A DNA stretch of 64,000 nucleotides from an uncultured bacterium (GTDB lineage Bacteria > Krumholzibacteriota > Krumholzibacteriia > Krumholzibacteriales > Krumholzibacteriaceae): positions 160,001 to 224,000 of the forward strand of contig CAWBAN010000002.1 of assembly GCA_963786935.1 (NCBI GenBank), written 5' to 3'. Position 1 is the stretch's first letter. Every line of letters starts with the position of its first letter. The notes under the pieces are model-generated. The model saw only the letters and a list, made by a program, of their open reading frames with translations. It was not told the DNA's origin and did no database searches. Position numbers and translations under genes: made by a program. Shown here one piece after another: positions 36,429 to 45,271 of the stretch.

Positions 36429-37858
36429 TATTCGAAGTGCGCGTTGACGATCGGGAGCACCCGGAAGGGGGAGCGATTGTTCTTCGCGATGTTGACGAGC
36501 CCGAGCTGGATGCCGTTCAGTTCCTGAGCGACGTTCACGATGCCGATCGAGAGCCCCACCTGATAGTCGTCGAAGTAGTTGACGGCCCCTGCCGAGAAGC
36601 CCTCCATCGTGCGCGCCTTGACCAGGATGCCGGCGAGCATGGCGCCCCGCATCTCGTCCGCGCGAACGCAGATCCCCGCCGCGCCGAGCCCCCGCAGCTT
36701 TTCCTCGACGCCGATGTCGATTCCGTGGATGACGATCCACTCGGCGTTCCGCGCGCGGTTGCCCGCGTAGGAGATTCTGAACACGGAATCCTCGTCGTCT
36801 TCATCGTCCTCCTCGTCGTCGTTCGACGAATTCATCGTGGCGATCGCACCGATGACGCCGATCGCTATTCCCGAGATGTCGCCGTCCGCCATGACCGAGC
36901 CGGCCGAGAGGGCGATGCCGCTCATATCCTCCCCGGCAATGGCGGCGAGGCCGCCCACGGCGATCCCCGAGAAATATTCCTCGGATACGGACGCGAGGCC
37001 GCCGATCGAGATTCCGCTCATCGAGCCTTCCGCGACGGCGGCGAGCCCGCCGACGGCGATGCCATTCATCGAGCTTTCGCAGACCGCGGCGAGTCCGCCG
37101 ATCGCGATGCCGTTCGTCGGTCCCTCGGCGACGGCGGCCAGTCCGCCGACTGAAATGCCGTTCATCGGTCCTTCGGCGACCGCGGCGAGCCCGCCGAGGG
37201 AGATGCCGTCCTGCGGCCCTTCGGTCACGCTCGCGAGCCCGCCGGCCATGATGCCCGATGAGCTTCCCTCGGCGACCGCGGCCAGTCCGCCGATGGAAAT
37301 GCCGTTCAGCGTCCCCTCGATCACGCTCGCGAGGCCTCCGAAGGAGATGCCGTTCATCGAGCCCTCGGTCACGCCGGCGAGGCCGCCGAGCATGATTCCC
37401 GAGGCGCTCCCTTCGGAGACGGCCGCCAATCCGCCGACGGCGATGCCGCTGAAAGCTCCCTCGCTCACCGCGGCGAGCCCGCCGAGCGCTATGCCGGAGA
37501 GGCTCGAGCGGGCGGAGACCGCGAGTCCTCCGATGGAGATTCCGCTCAGCTCGTCCGCGCGCGGCGCGAGGAGCCCGAGGGAGATGCCGCGGATAATCGC
37601 GTCGTCGTTGTCTCCGGGCTTCCAAAGGGTGATGTTGATCCCGTTGATCTCCTCGACGTCCTCGTCGACGAGGTTGAATCGCAGCCCGTCGAACCGCGCG
37701 GAGTTGCCGAAACTGACGCCGAAGTCGTTCACGGCGAGATCGAGGCTCTTGTGGGAGGAACGACCGCCGTCGTCACGTTCGATCGGGGCCGCCGCGGCCT
37801 CTGCGAGCGGATATGTCAGAAGAACGATGAAAATGGAGAGAGGCAGAATGCGTCTCAT
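36428..37858 (-). CDS. Exported surface-repeat protein (LA_2272-like), about 15 copies of a 16-aa repeat
   Basis: Signal peptide MRRILPL; repeats xxGIxxGGLAAVxEGx; acidic tract; GIQLGLVN; C-terminal PIVNAHFE. Confidence 0.78.
   Translation of the reverse strand: MRRILPLSIFIVLLTYPLAEAAAAPIERDDGGRSSHKSLDLAVNDFGVSFGNSARFDGLRFNLVDEDVEEINGINITLWKPGDNDDAIIRGISLGLLAPRADELSGISIGGLAVSARSSLSGIALGGLAAVSEGAFSGIAVGGLAAVSEGSASGIMLGGLAGVTEGSMNGISFGGLASVIEGTLNGISIGGLAAVAEGSSSGIMAGGLASVTEGPQDGISLGGLAAVAEGPMNGISVGGLAAVAEGPTNGIAIGGLAAVCESSMNGIAVGGLAAVAEGSMSGISIGGLASVSEEYFSGIAVGGLAAIAGEDMSGIALSAGSVMADGDISGIAIGVIGAIATMNSSNDDEEDDEDDEDSVFRISYAGNRARNAEWIVIHGIDIGVEEKLRGLGAAGICVRADEMRGAMLAGILVKARTMEGFSAGAVNYFDDYQVGLSIGIVNVAQELNGIQLGLVNIAKNNRSPFRVLPIVNAHFE
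36840..37590 (-). repeat. Degenerate 48-nt coding tandem repeat
   Basis: Periodic CCGCCGA/GATGCCG motifs encode the GGLA/GI repeat. Confidence 0.75.
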
Positions 37859-38081
37859 GCGGATCACCTTTCTCGAATAGCTGACGGCCGGGTCACGGTC
37901 CGGTCCCCATCGATTCCTCAATATACCATATACTACGCAAGGTCCCCGTGAATGTTCCGGGCGAAAACGCGCATCGAGGGAGCCCGCCGCCGACGCTCCG
38001 GGCGAGAACGGGAGGCCCGGCGGAGCCGATCCCTTGCCGCAGCGACGCCGCTGTGATAGTGTGCGCCGATAGAGGTTTGCG

Positions 38082-40313
38082 TTGATAAAGCGACATGCAT
38101 CCATAATCCTGGCCGCCATCGTATCCGTCGCGCTCTTCGTGCGGCTCTGGTTCGCGCTCACCTGCATGGCGATCCCCGATTTCAGCGACATGGCCTTCTA
38201 CAACGAAGTGGCGCTTCGCCCGGGATTTCCCGGCGATCTGCCGCCGGGCTATCCGCTGTTCCTGAGGGGGATATACGCGATCTTCGGGGCGCACAACTAC
38301 CGGGCGGTTTTCACCGTTCAAGCGCTCCTCAGCACCCTCACCGTTTTCATGATCTATCGCGTCGGCCGCGCCGTGAGCGGCGAACGCGCCGGGCTCATCG
38401 CCGCCGCCGTCGCGGCCGTCTATCCGAATTTCATCATCTACAACCTGACGACGTTGACCGAGACGGTCAGCGTTCTCTTCGTCGTGGCGCTGCTCGGCGC
38501 GATCGTATCGGGCATCAGGGAGGGGGTGAAGCCGATAGCCGCCGCGGCGATCGTCCTCGCCGGATGCCTGTTCCGCCCCGCGCTGCTTTTCTTCGCGCCC
38601 GGCGCGATGCTCGCGCTCAGGAAACGCCTGATCTTCGCCGCCATTCTCGCGGCCGTCGCGATTCCCGTGCTGCTCTTCGGCTCGACCTTCGGCGGCATCG
38701 TGCAGCGGGGCTCGCTCTGCCTCTACAAGGCGTACAACCCGAGCGCGACCGGCGCGGGGTACGTGGATCCCGTGAACACGGAGCTCGGTCGCGACGACCT
38801 GCCGAGCGCGACGTATCTCCGGGCCGCGTTCGAATTCATCCGCAGCCACGCGTGGCAGGCCGTCGATCTCGTCTACGCGAAAGCGTCGCTTCTCTTGAGC
38901 AGCGGATGGGACATGGCCGTCATGCGGCCGATCGTCGGCCCCGGAAGGAACCGCGCCCATATTCTTGCTTACGCGGCGGTGCCGATTATGGTGCTCGGTC
39001 TGGCGGGAATGATCGTGCATCACCGCGAGCGGACGAAGGCGCTGACCTTCCTCGCCCTGAGCTATCTCGCCGTCATCATCCTCTTCTCGATTTTCAAATT
39101 GAGGTACCGCCTGCTCGTTGAGCCGATCGCGATCGTCTATGCGGGGATTCTCCTCAGGCATGCGCTCGGCCGGCGCGGAACGAAGGGGATTGAGGGGCCG
39201 AGGCCGACGTCGGAGGCATCGCGGCCATCGACGGCGACCCCGCGGCCTGCGGCGACGTTCACGCGGCGGGCGGCGTGGTCGCTCGCTCTCGTATGCCTTG
39301 TCGGGCTCGCGCTCCGCGTCTATCCGGCGATCGCCGGCGATTCGACCTTTCTGACGCCCCGAGTCATGCAGGCGAGCCGCGCGGCGGTCGAATCGGATCT
39401 CGGGAGCGATACGCCTCCTCTCTATCCGCTGTTTCTCAAGGGGATGGCCGCCATGGCGGGGGGGATCGACTTCCGGGCCGTCTTCATCCTGCAGGGGATC
39501 CTCGGCGCGTGCGCGGCGCTTCTCCTGTATGCGGCCGTCGCCCGTCTCGCGGGACGCCGGGCCGGTTTTATCGCGGCGGCGCTCGCCGCGATCTATCCGC
39601 CGCTCATTATGTATGGCCTCGCGCCCACGCCCGAGCCGTTCGTCGTCGTAGTCGTCTGCGCGATCATGGCGGTCGCCGCGTCGCGCCTGAGCGACGGACG
39701 AAAGGCCGCGGCCCTCGGCGCGCTCGCCGCCGCCGGTATCCTCCTGAAGCCGGCGCTCGTCTGCCTTGCGCCGGGCTTGTTGCTGGCGACGAAGCGTCGG
39801 CGTCTGTGTCTTCTCGTCCTCATGCTCGCGCTCGTTCCCTTCACCGCGATCTACCTTGCCCGATCCGGGAAAATCGAGCCCGTATACACGGCGGGCGTCT
39901 TTCCTCTCGGCTTTATTCCCTGGGTGAACGCTCAGGACGCATGGAGCGTGTTGGACGCCCTCTACTCGAACGCCGCCGCCTTATTCGGGCGGGGATTCAA
40001 TATCGATCCGTACCTCGGCCCCGGGGGCGCGCTTGGCGGGAGCACGACCAGCGGCGCGTCCGGCTTCGGCGCGCGGCACCTCGCCGCGTATGGCTATCAG
40101 GTCGTCATGCTCGCCGGTTTCGTCGGGCTGCTGCGGCGATACCGTCCGGAGCACCGCGCGATCGTGATGACGCTCGGGCTGTACGTCGCGGCGCTCGTGC
40201 TGCTCTCGCGATTCGGGCTCGATTATCGCGTGCCGCTCGAGCCGCTGTTCATCGCCTATGCCGCGATCCTGCTGGGGGAAAAGTCGAGTAGCTCCGTGGT
40301 GGAGGGGAAATGA
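38082..40313 (+). CDS. GT-C (ArnT/PMT_2, GT39-like) membrane glycosyltransferase with two tandem modules
   Basis: Polytopic protein; SDMAFY; PPGYPLFL/PPLYPLFL and RYRLLVEP/DYRVPLEP each occur once per half. TTG start is uncertain. Confidence 0.72.
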   Translation: MIKRHASIILAAIVSVALFVRLWFALTCMAIPDFSDMAFYNEVALRPGFPGDLPPGYPLFLRGIYAIFGAHNYRAVFTVQALLSTLTVFMIYRVGRAVSGERAGLIAAAVAAVYPNFIIYNLTTLTETVSVLFVVALLGAIVSGIREGVKPIAAAAIVLAGCLFRPALLFFAPGAMLALRKRLIFAAILAAVAIPVLLFGSTFGGIVQRGSLCLYKAYNPSATGAGYVDPVNTELGRDDLPSATYLRAAFEFIRSHAWQAVDLVYAKASLLLSSGWDMAVMRPIVGPGRNRAHILAYAAVPIMVLGLAGMIVHHRERTKALTFLALSYLAVIILFSIFKLRYRLLVEPIAIVYAGILLRHALGRRGTKGIEGPRPTSEASRPSTATPRPAATFTRRAAWSLALVCLVGLALRVYPAIAGDSTFLTPRVMQASRAAVESDLGSDTPPLYPLFLKGMAAMAGGIDFRAVFILQGILGACAALLLYAAVARLAGRRAGFIAAALAAIYPPLIMYGLAPTPEPFVVVVVCAIMAVAASRLSDGRKAAALGALAAAGILLKPALVCLAPGLLLATKRRRLCLLVLMLALVPFTAIYLARSGKIEPVYTAGVFPLGFIPWVNAQDAWSVLDALYSNAAALFGRGFNIDPYLGPGGALGGSTTSGASGFGARHLAAYGYQVVMLAGFVGLLRRYRPEHRAIVMTLGLYVAALVLLSRFGLDYRVPLEPLFIAYAAILLGEKSSSSVVEGK

Positions 40314-40558
40314 AGAAGCTCCGGGCGGCGATTCTTTTCCTGTGCGCGATCCTCGTCGCTGCGCTCGTCCTGTTTCCGCCGTGGTGGGGCCGGACCGAGG
40401 GTGGCCGCGATCTCTACTATGGATATCATTTCATCCTGTCGCCGCCGAGCCACCATCCCCGCATCGACTACGCGCGCGTCATCGGGCCCATCGCCGCCGT
40501 CTGCCTCATGGCCTACCTCGCCGTCCGGGAGCTGGGGGCGAATGATCAAGGCGGATGA
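40310..40558 (+). CDS. Small two-TM membrane protein
   Basis: GGAGG SD, ATGA overlap, two hydrophobic segments, LFPPW. Confidence 0.6.
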   Translation: MKKLRAAILFLCAILVAALVLFPPWWGRTEGGRDLYYGYHFILSPPSHHPRIDYARVIGPIAAVCLMAYLAVRELGANDQGG

Positions 40559-40652
40559 TCGGGCAGCTTGAAATTGCACCGAATTTTGTGATAGGCTTCT
40601 CGCGACTCACCAGTCCGCATTTCGTTGCATTATGACGTGGAGGTGCCGGCCC

Positions 40653-41945
40653 ATGAAGAATCTCGTTACGCTGTTCGTCATGGCTCTTCCGCTCCTCTTT
40701 TCCTGCAACAAGAACAGCAGCCCCACGACGCCGGTCGCGCCGGCGCAGGCGGATTACGTCGTTCTTGCGTGGAACGACCTGGGGATGCACTGCCTCAATC
40801 CCTCGTACGACAAGCTCGTCGTGCTTCCGCCGTACAACACGGTATGGGCGCAGGTCGTCAAGCGGGGCGCGACGCCGCAGATCGTGACGGCGGGCATCAC
40901 CGTCGAGTACGCCATCGAGGGAAACACCTACTCGTACGGCAAGGGCAACTACGCGCAGTTCTGGGACAACGCGGTGAAGCTCTTCGGGACGATCTTCGGA
41001 ATCACGAGTCTCGCACATGACGTCGGGCTCACGGGGAACGGTCTCGCGGGAGAAATGAAGCCCGCCGGGGATCATTTCGTGGTCGACGGAATTCCGCTCA
41101 CCCCGATCAAGGACGACGGCACGTGGGATCCTTATCAGGTCGCCGTCATCACCGTCAAGGACGCGCAGGGAACGGTCCTCGCGTCGACGAAAACGGTCGT
41201 TCCTACATCCGAGGAAATGCATTGCGAGAAGTGCCACGGCTCCAATCCGTTTCAGGACATCATGGCGAAGCACGACGAAGAGCACGCCACCGATCTCGCG
41301 GGAACCGTCCCGCGCCTCTGCGCCGACTGCCACGGATCCCCCGCGCTCGGGCTCATGGATCCCGGCACGTCGGGGATATTCCTGTCGAAGGCGGTTCACG
41401 GCTTCCACGCGGACAAGGGCGCCTCGTGCTACGATTGCCACCCCGGCCCGCAGACGAAGTGCAGCCGCAGCGAGAGGCACACCTCCGCGGACGGCAACTG
41501 TGTGTGGTGCCACAGCACCATGGCGCAGGTGGCGGGCTCGATCCCGGCCACGCGCATTCCCTGGGTGAACGAGCCGAAGTGCGCGATGTGCCACGACGCC
41601 ACGGACGTGGACACGGGCAGTCTCCTCTACCGGAACGATGCCGGGCACGGCGGCCTTTACTGCGCCGCCTGCCACGGGAGCCCGCACGCGATGATCCCGT
41701 CGCAGAACGCGCGGGACAACCACCAGTCGCTCCAGTATCAGGGATCCACGGGCGTCGTGAAGTCGATCGGGAGCTGCGGGGTCTGCCACGAAAGCTCGCG
41801 CGGCGAGTCGGAAATCGGGGATTTCGCCGAGGAGCACGGCGGGACGTCGCCCAAGAAGATGAACGGCTGCCACATCTGCCATACGTCGGTTTCGACGAAT
41901 ACGGCGAAATGGCCGCACGCCTTCACGTGGAAGAACAGCAACTAG
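40653..41945 (+). CDS. Octaheme c-type cytochrome lipoprotein
   Basis: Lipobox LFSC; eight CxxCH motifs; N-terminal AWNDLGMHC domain. GGAGG SD. Confidence 0.88.
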   Translation: MKNLVTLFVMALPLLFSCNKNSSPTTPVAPAQADYVVLAWNDLGMHCLNPSYDKLVVLPPYNTVWAQVVKRGATPQIVTAGITVEYAIEGNTYSYGKGNYAQFWDNAVKLFGTIFGITSLAHDVGLTGNGLAGEMKPAGDHFVVDGIPLTPIKDDGTWDPYQVAVITVKDAQGTVLASTKTVVPTSEEMHCEKCHGSNPFQDIMAKHDEEHATDLAGTVPRLCADCHGSPALGLMDPGTSGIFLSKAVHGFHADKGASCYDCHPGPQTKCSRSERHTSADGNCVWCHSTMAQVAGSIPATRIPWVNEPKCAMCHDATDVDTGSLLYRNDAGHGGLYCAACHGSPHAMIPSQNARDNHQSLQYQGSTGVVKSIGSCGVCHESSRGESEIGDFAEEHGGTSPKKMNGCHICHTSVSTNTAKWPHAFTWKNSN

Positions 41946-42016
41946 GGCTCGGCGGGCGAATGCCCGGCCGGGAAATCGCATCCGCGGCGGCTCCGGCCGC
42001 CCGCGCGGATCCGCCC

Positions 42017-42544
42017 CTATCCGGCCAGCTTCTCGGGCGGGAGCAGGAGCTTGTCGATCACGTGGATCACGCCGTTCGACGCCGGCACGTCGGGCCGCAC
42101 GATGGGTGCGCCGCCGACCGTAAACCCGCCCCCCGGCGCGGGCTCGATCGTGAGCACATCGCCGAGAAGCGTGGCCGCGCTCGGGATCTTTCCGAGATCC
42201 GCGGCCATGATCCTGCCCGGCAGAACGTGGTACAGCAGGATGTTCTTCAGCGTGGGCACGTCCTGAAGGAGCGACTCCGCGGCGCCGGGAGGGAGCTTCG
42301 CGAAGACGCTGTCGGGCGGCGCGAATAAGGTGAAGGGGCCCTCACCCGCGAGCGTGCCGGCGAGCCCCGCCGTCTCGATTGCCGCCGCGAGCGTCGAGAA
42401 ACGCCCGTCCCCCGAAATCACGTCGACGATGGTGCCGGCCGCGGGCGTCCCCTCGGGCTTCCGCTCGGCTTCCTTCTTCTTCCCGCAGCATACGAACGCG
42501 GCGCAGAGCGCGCAGCAGAGCGCGACGGTGAGCAGCTTCTTCAT
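42017..42544 (-). CDS. Fasciclin (FAS1) domain lipoprotein
   Basis: FTLFAPPD, ILLYHV and ASNGVIHVID motifs. AAGGAGG SD. Confidence 0.88.
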   Translation of the reverse strand: MKKLLTVALCCALCAAFVCCGKKKEAERKPEGTPAAGTIVDVISGDGRFSTLAAAIETAGLAGTLAGEGPFTLFAPPDSVFAKLPPGAAESLLQDVPTLKNILLYHVLPGRIMAADLGKIPSAATLLGDVLTIEPAPGGGFTVGGAPIVRPDVPASNGVIHVIDKLLLPPEKLAG

Positions 42545-42561
42545 CGGTGCCTCCTTGCCGC

Positions 42562-45057
42562 TTATCGCGGCTGATCCTTGAAATCCGGTTTTGCGATGAC
42601 GGGGAGCAGCACGTGCGACGGATGCGCCGCGTCGTGGTAGATCCTCTGCGTCGCCGCGACGAACTTCGTCTCCGTTTCGTTGTGCTTGCCCGTGTTCAGG
42701 TTTCTCGAGAACGTCGGAAACGCGGCGGAAGCCACCTCGACGCGGAGCTTTCTCCCCTTGGGGATCGTGACGCCGGTCTGCCACAGGTCGAGGCGGTATT
42801 CGCAGATCTCCCCGGGCGTGAGGAGCTTCGGCTTCGAGAAGGACTCGCGGTAGCGGGCCCTGATCGTTCCGCGGCAGAGCGGAAAGACGAGCCCGTTCTC
42901 GTCGATTTCCGACAAGCTCATGAACCAATCGGTGTCCTTGGCCGATGAGCTCGCGTAGAGCACGGCCGAGACGGGGCCCGCGATGACGAGCGAGTCGGTC
43001 ATCGGGGGCGTCTCGTACACGAGAATGTCCCGGCGCGCCTCGTTCACCTTGCCGTAATACGCGTACGCCTCCTCGATCTTCTTTTCGACCGATTCGACAC
43101 GCGCGCTGTCCCCCGCCGCGCCGGCGGAATCCTCGGGCTCCACGTAGCCCCGCGGGTCGGGCGTCGGATCGGCCGGATCGTACACGTAGCCGTCGGAGGG
43201 CGAATCCGCCGGAGGCGCCTCGAACCCGAGCCGCCCGTCCCCCTTCGACGTGTTCGCCGAGCCGCCGCTCGAGAGATAATACTTCGTGAATCTCGTCTCC
43301 GGCAGGGGATAGACGGGGCCCGTGAGCCACCGGTCCGTGTTCATGACGAAGAGGCTGACGAGGGGCTCGCGGTTTATGCCGTTATCGATTCCCTTGAGCC
43401 AGCGGTCGAGCCAGCGCAGGTAGCTTCCCTCGAGATCGATCGTCGCGTTCGGGCCGAAGTCCCGGTCGTTGGGGCCGCGGCGCGTCGCCGCGTCGGTGTG
43501 CCCCCACGGGCCGAGGACGAGCTTCTGAACGGCGCGGCCCGAGCGCGCCGCCGCGAGGTAGTTGAGCTTCGATCCGATTCCGTCCCCGTCGAACCAGCCC
43601 GACTGATGGTACACGGGGATCGCGAGGCTCCCGATGTCCTCGAGGAAGCTCGCGCGGCGCCAGTACGAGTCGTTATCGGGATGCTTGATCCACTCGCGCC
43701 AGTACCTGTTCTTCTTCCCGAGCACCTTCTCGTCGAGATCGATCACCGGGAGATGCCGCAGCAGCTTGTCATAATCCTTGTTGTAAATGGCGGACATCGC
43801 CTTGCCCGAGAGATCCGCCGTCGCCTCCTGCTCGAGAACGTCGGCCCACCAGATCGCGCCGAGCAGGAAGAACGAGCCGTACTCGTACGGTATGTTGAAA
43901 TAGGGATCGGGAGGAGAGACGTTCGGAATGATCGTCGCGAGATGGGGGGGGGCCTCGCGCGCCGCCCACCACTGGACCCAGCCGAGATACGAGCCGCCGA
44001 TCATGCCGACCTTGCCGCTGGACCACGGCTGCGCGGCGAGCCATTCGACCGTATCGTAGCCGTCAGCCGCCTCGTCGAAGAATGGATTCCATTTTCCCTC
44101 CGAGGCGAAGCGGCCGCGGCAGTCCTGCACGGCGAAGACGTATCCGCGCCGCGCGTAGAACTTGGCCTTGAGCTCCGACATGTCCTTCCCGTACGGCGTG
44201 CGGACGAGAATCACGGGGAATTTTCCGGCGGCGGCGGGCTTGTAGATGTCGGTCGCGAGCCTCTTCCCGTCGCGCATCCTCACCATCGCGTTCTTCTCGA
44301 CGGCCACCTCGAACTCGGGGCGCGAGAGGAGCGAGTCGGTCTCGGCGCGTATCCGCAGCACCTCGTACCCCTCGCGCACGTAGGCCGCCCGCTGGGCGGG
44401 GACCTCGGCGAGGCAGAGCCTTCCATTCTCGTCGATCCAGGCGATCAGGTCGACGCCGGGGAGCCCGTACCGGTACAGCGTGAAGGTCCTCGGCTCTCCG
44501 TTCACGAACCGCTCGGTCGTCTCGAGCCGCTCGAGCGAGGCCTCGAGGACGACCGCGGGGACGATGAAGAGGGGGAACGTCTGCGTGCCCCCTTTGGCGG
44601 CGTCGTACGCGAGGATCGCCTGGCTGATGAGCGCCGGGCTCGAGTTCTCGAAGAGGACGGTGCCCGGCTTGAGCTCGACCGTGCTGGCGCTCCCGCTCGT
44701 GGTGATCGTCGCACGCAGACCGTCGCGGGTGACGATCGCGTCCCCGCGGGGGCTCTTGATCTTGATCGTCCGCCAGAGGCCGGCGGAGTCCGCGTCGATC
44801 TCGATCGACGCGGCGAAGCTCTGGCCGCCGATCGCGACCGTGATGTCCTCGAAGAAATCGCCCCCCGGCTTCCAGTCGGAGACGATCGTGGCGATCGCCT
44901 CCTCGTTCACATATATGGAGAATTTGGCCGAATCCTGCGGCATGCTGAGGGGAGCGATCCCCTGCGCGAGCGAGTCGGCGGCGCCCCGGGCGGCGGGGCT
45001 CCAGGCGATCCAACATACCAACAGGCTCAAAATCAACGAGATAAGGCGTCCGCGCAT
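42562..45057 (-). CDS. CocE/NonD-family hydrolase with an extra N-terminal domain
   Basis: RTPY, QDCRGRFAS, GGSYLG nucleophile, GWFD, GPWGH and FSRNLNTG motifs. Signal peptide. Confidence 0.9.
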   Translation of the reverse strand: MRGRLISLILSLLVCWIAWSPAARGAADSLAQGIAPLSMPQDSAKFSIYVNEEAIATIVSDWKPGGDFFEDITVAIGGQSFAASIEIDADSAGLWRTIKIKSPRGDAIVTRDGLRATITTSGSASTVELKPGTVLFENSSPALISQAILAYDAAKGGTQTFPLFIVPAVVLEASLERLETTERFVNGEPRTFTLYRYGLPGVDLIAWIDENGRLCLAEVPAQRAAYVREGYEVLRIRAETDSLLSRPEFEVAVEKNAMVRMRDGKRLATDIYKPAAAGKFPVILVRTPYGKDMSELKAKFYARRGYVFAVQDCRGRFASEGKWNPFFDEAADGYDTVEWLAAQPWSSGKVGMIGGSYLGWVQWWAAREAPPHLATIIPNVSPPDPYFNIPYEYGSFFLLGAIWWADVLEQEATADLSGKAMSAIYNKDYDKLLRHLPVIDLDEKVLGKKNRYWREWIKHPDNDSYWRRASFLEDIGSLAIPVYHQSGWFDGDGIGSKLNYLAAARSGRAVQKLVLGPWGHTDAATRRGPNDRDFGPNATIDLEGSYLRWLDRWLKGIDNGINREPLVSLFVMNTDRWLTGPVYPLPETRFTKYYLSSGGSANTSKGDGRLGFEAPPADSPSDGYVYDPADPTPDPRGYVEPEDSAGAAGDSARVESVEKKIEEAYAYYGKVNEARRDILVYETPPMTDSLVIAGPVSAVLYASSSAKDTDWFMSLSEIDENGLVFPLCRGTIRARYRESFSKPKLLTPGEICEYRLDLWQTGVTIPKGRKLRVEVASAAFPTFSRNLNTGKHNETETKFVAATQRIYHDAAHPSHVLLPVIAKPDFKDQPR

Positions 45058-45199
45058 GCGAGCATCTCCTTTTCTTCGGCGGCGCTCTCCGCCGGCGCGA
45101 GGGTCTCCTTCCGGACGGGCAGGGAAATTACATCCCAGATGCCGGTTTTATGCAATGCCGAAGATGGGATGAGTGTTCGGGCGCGGGGACATTTTCCAT

Positions 45200-45227
45200 T
45201 TGACTAAAGCGGCATAATTGGTATATT
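45200..45227 (+). promoter_or_regulatory. sigma70-type promoter of secDF
   Basis: TTGACT-N16-TATATT with an extended TG, in an AT-rich gap. Confidence 0.55.
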
Positions 45228-45271
45228 TTACAGTTTCTTGAACCAAATAATCATAGCGGAAGCGAGGGAAC

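Noticed and set aside
36840..37590. Periodic repeats as a CRISPR array
   Set aside because: The 48-nt period is degenerate and in frame within a protein. There are no unique spacers or cas genes.
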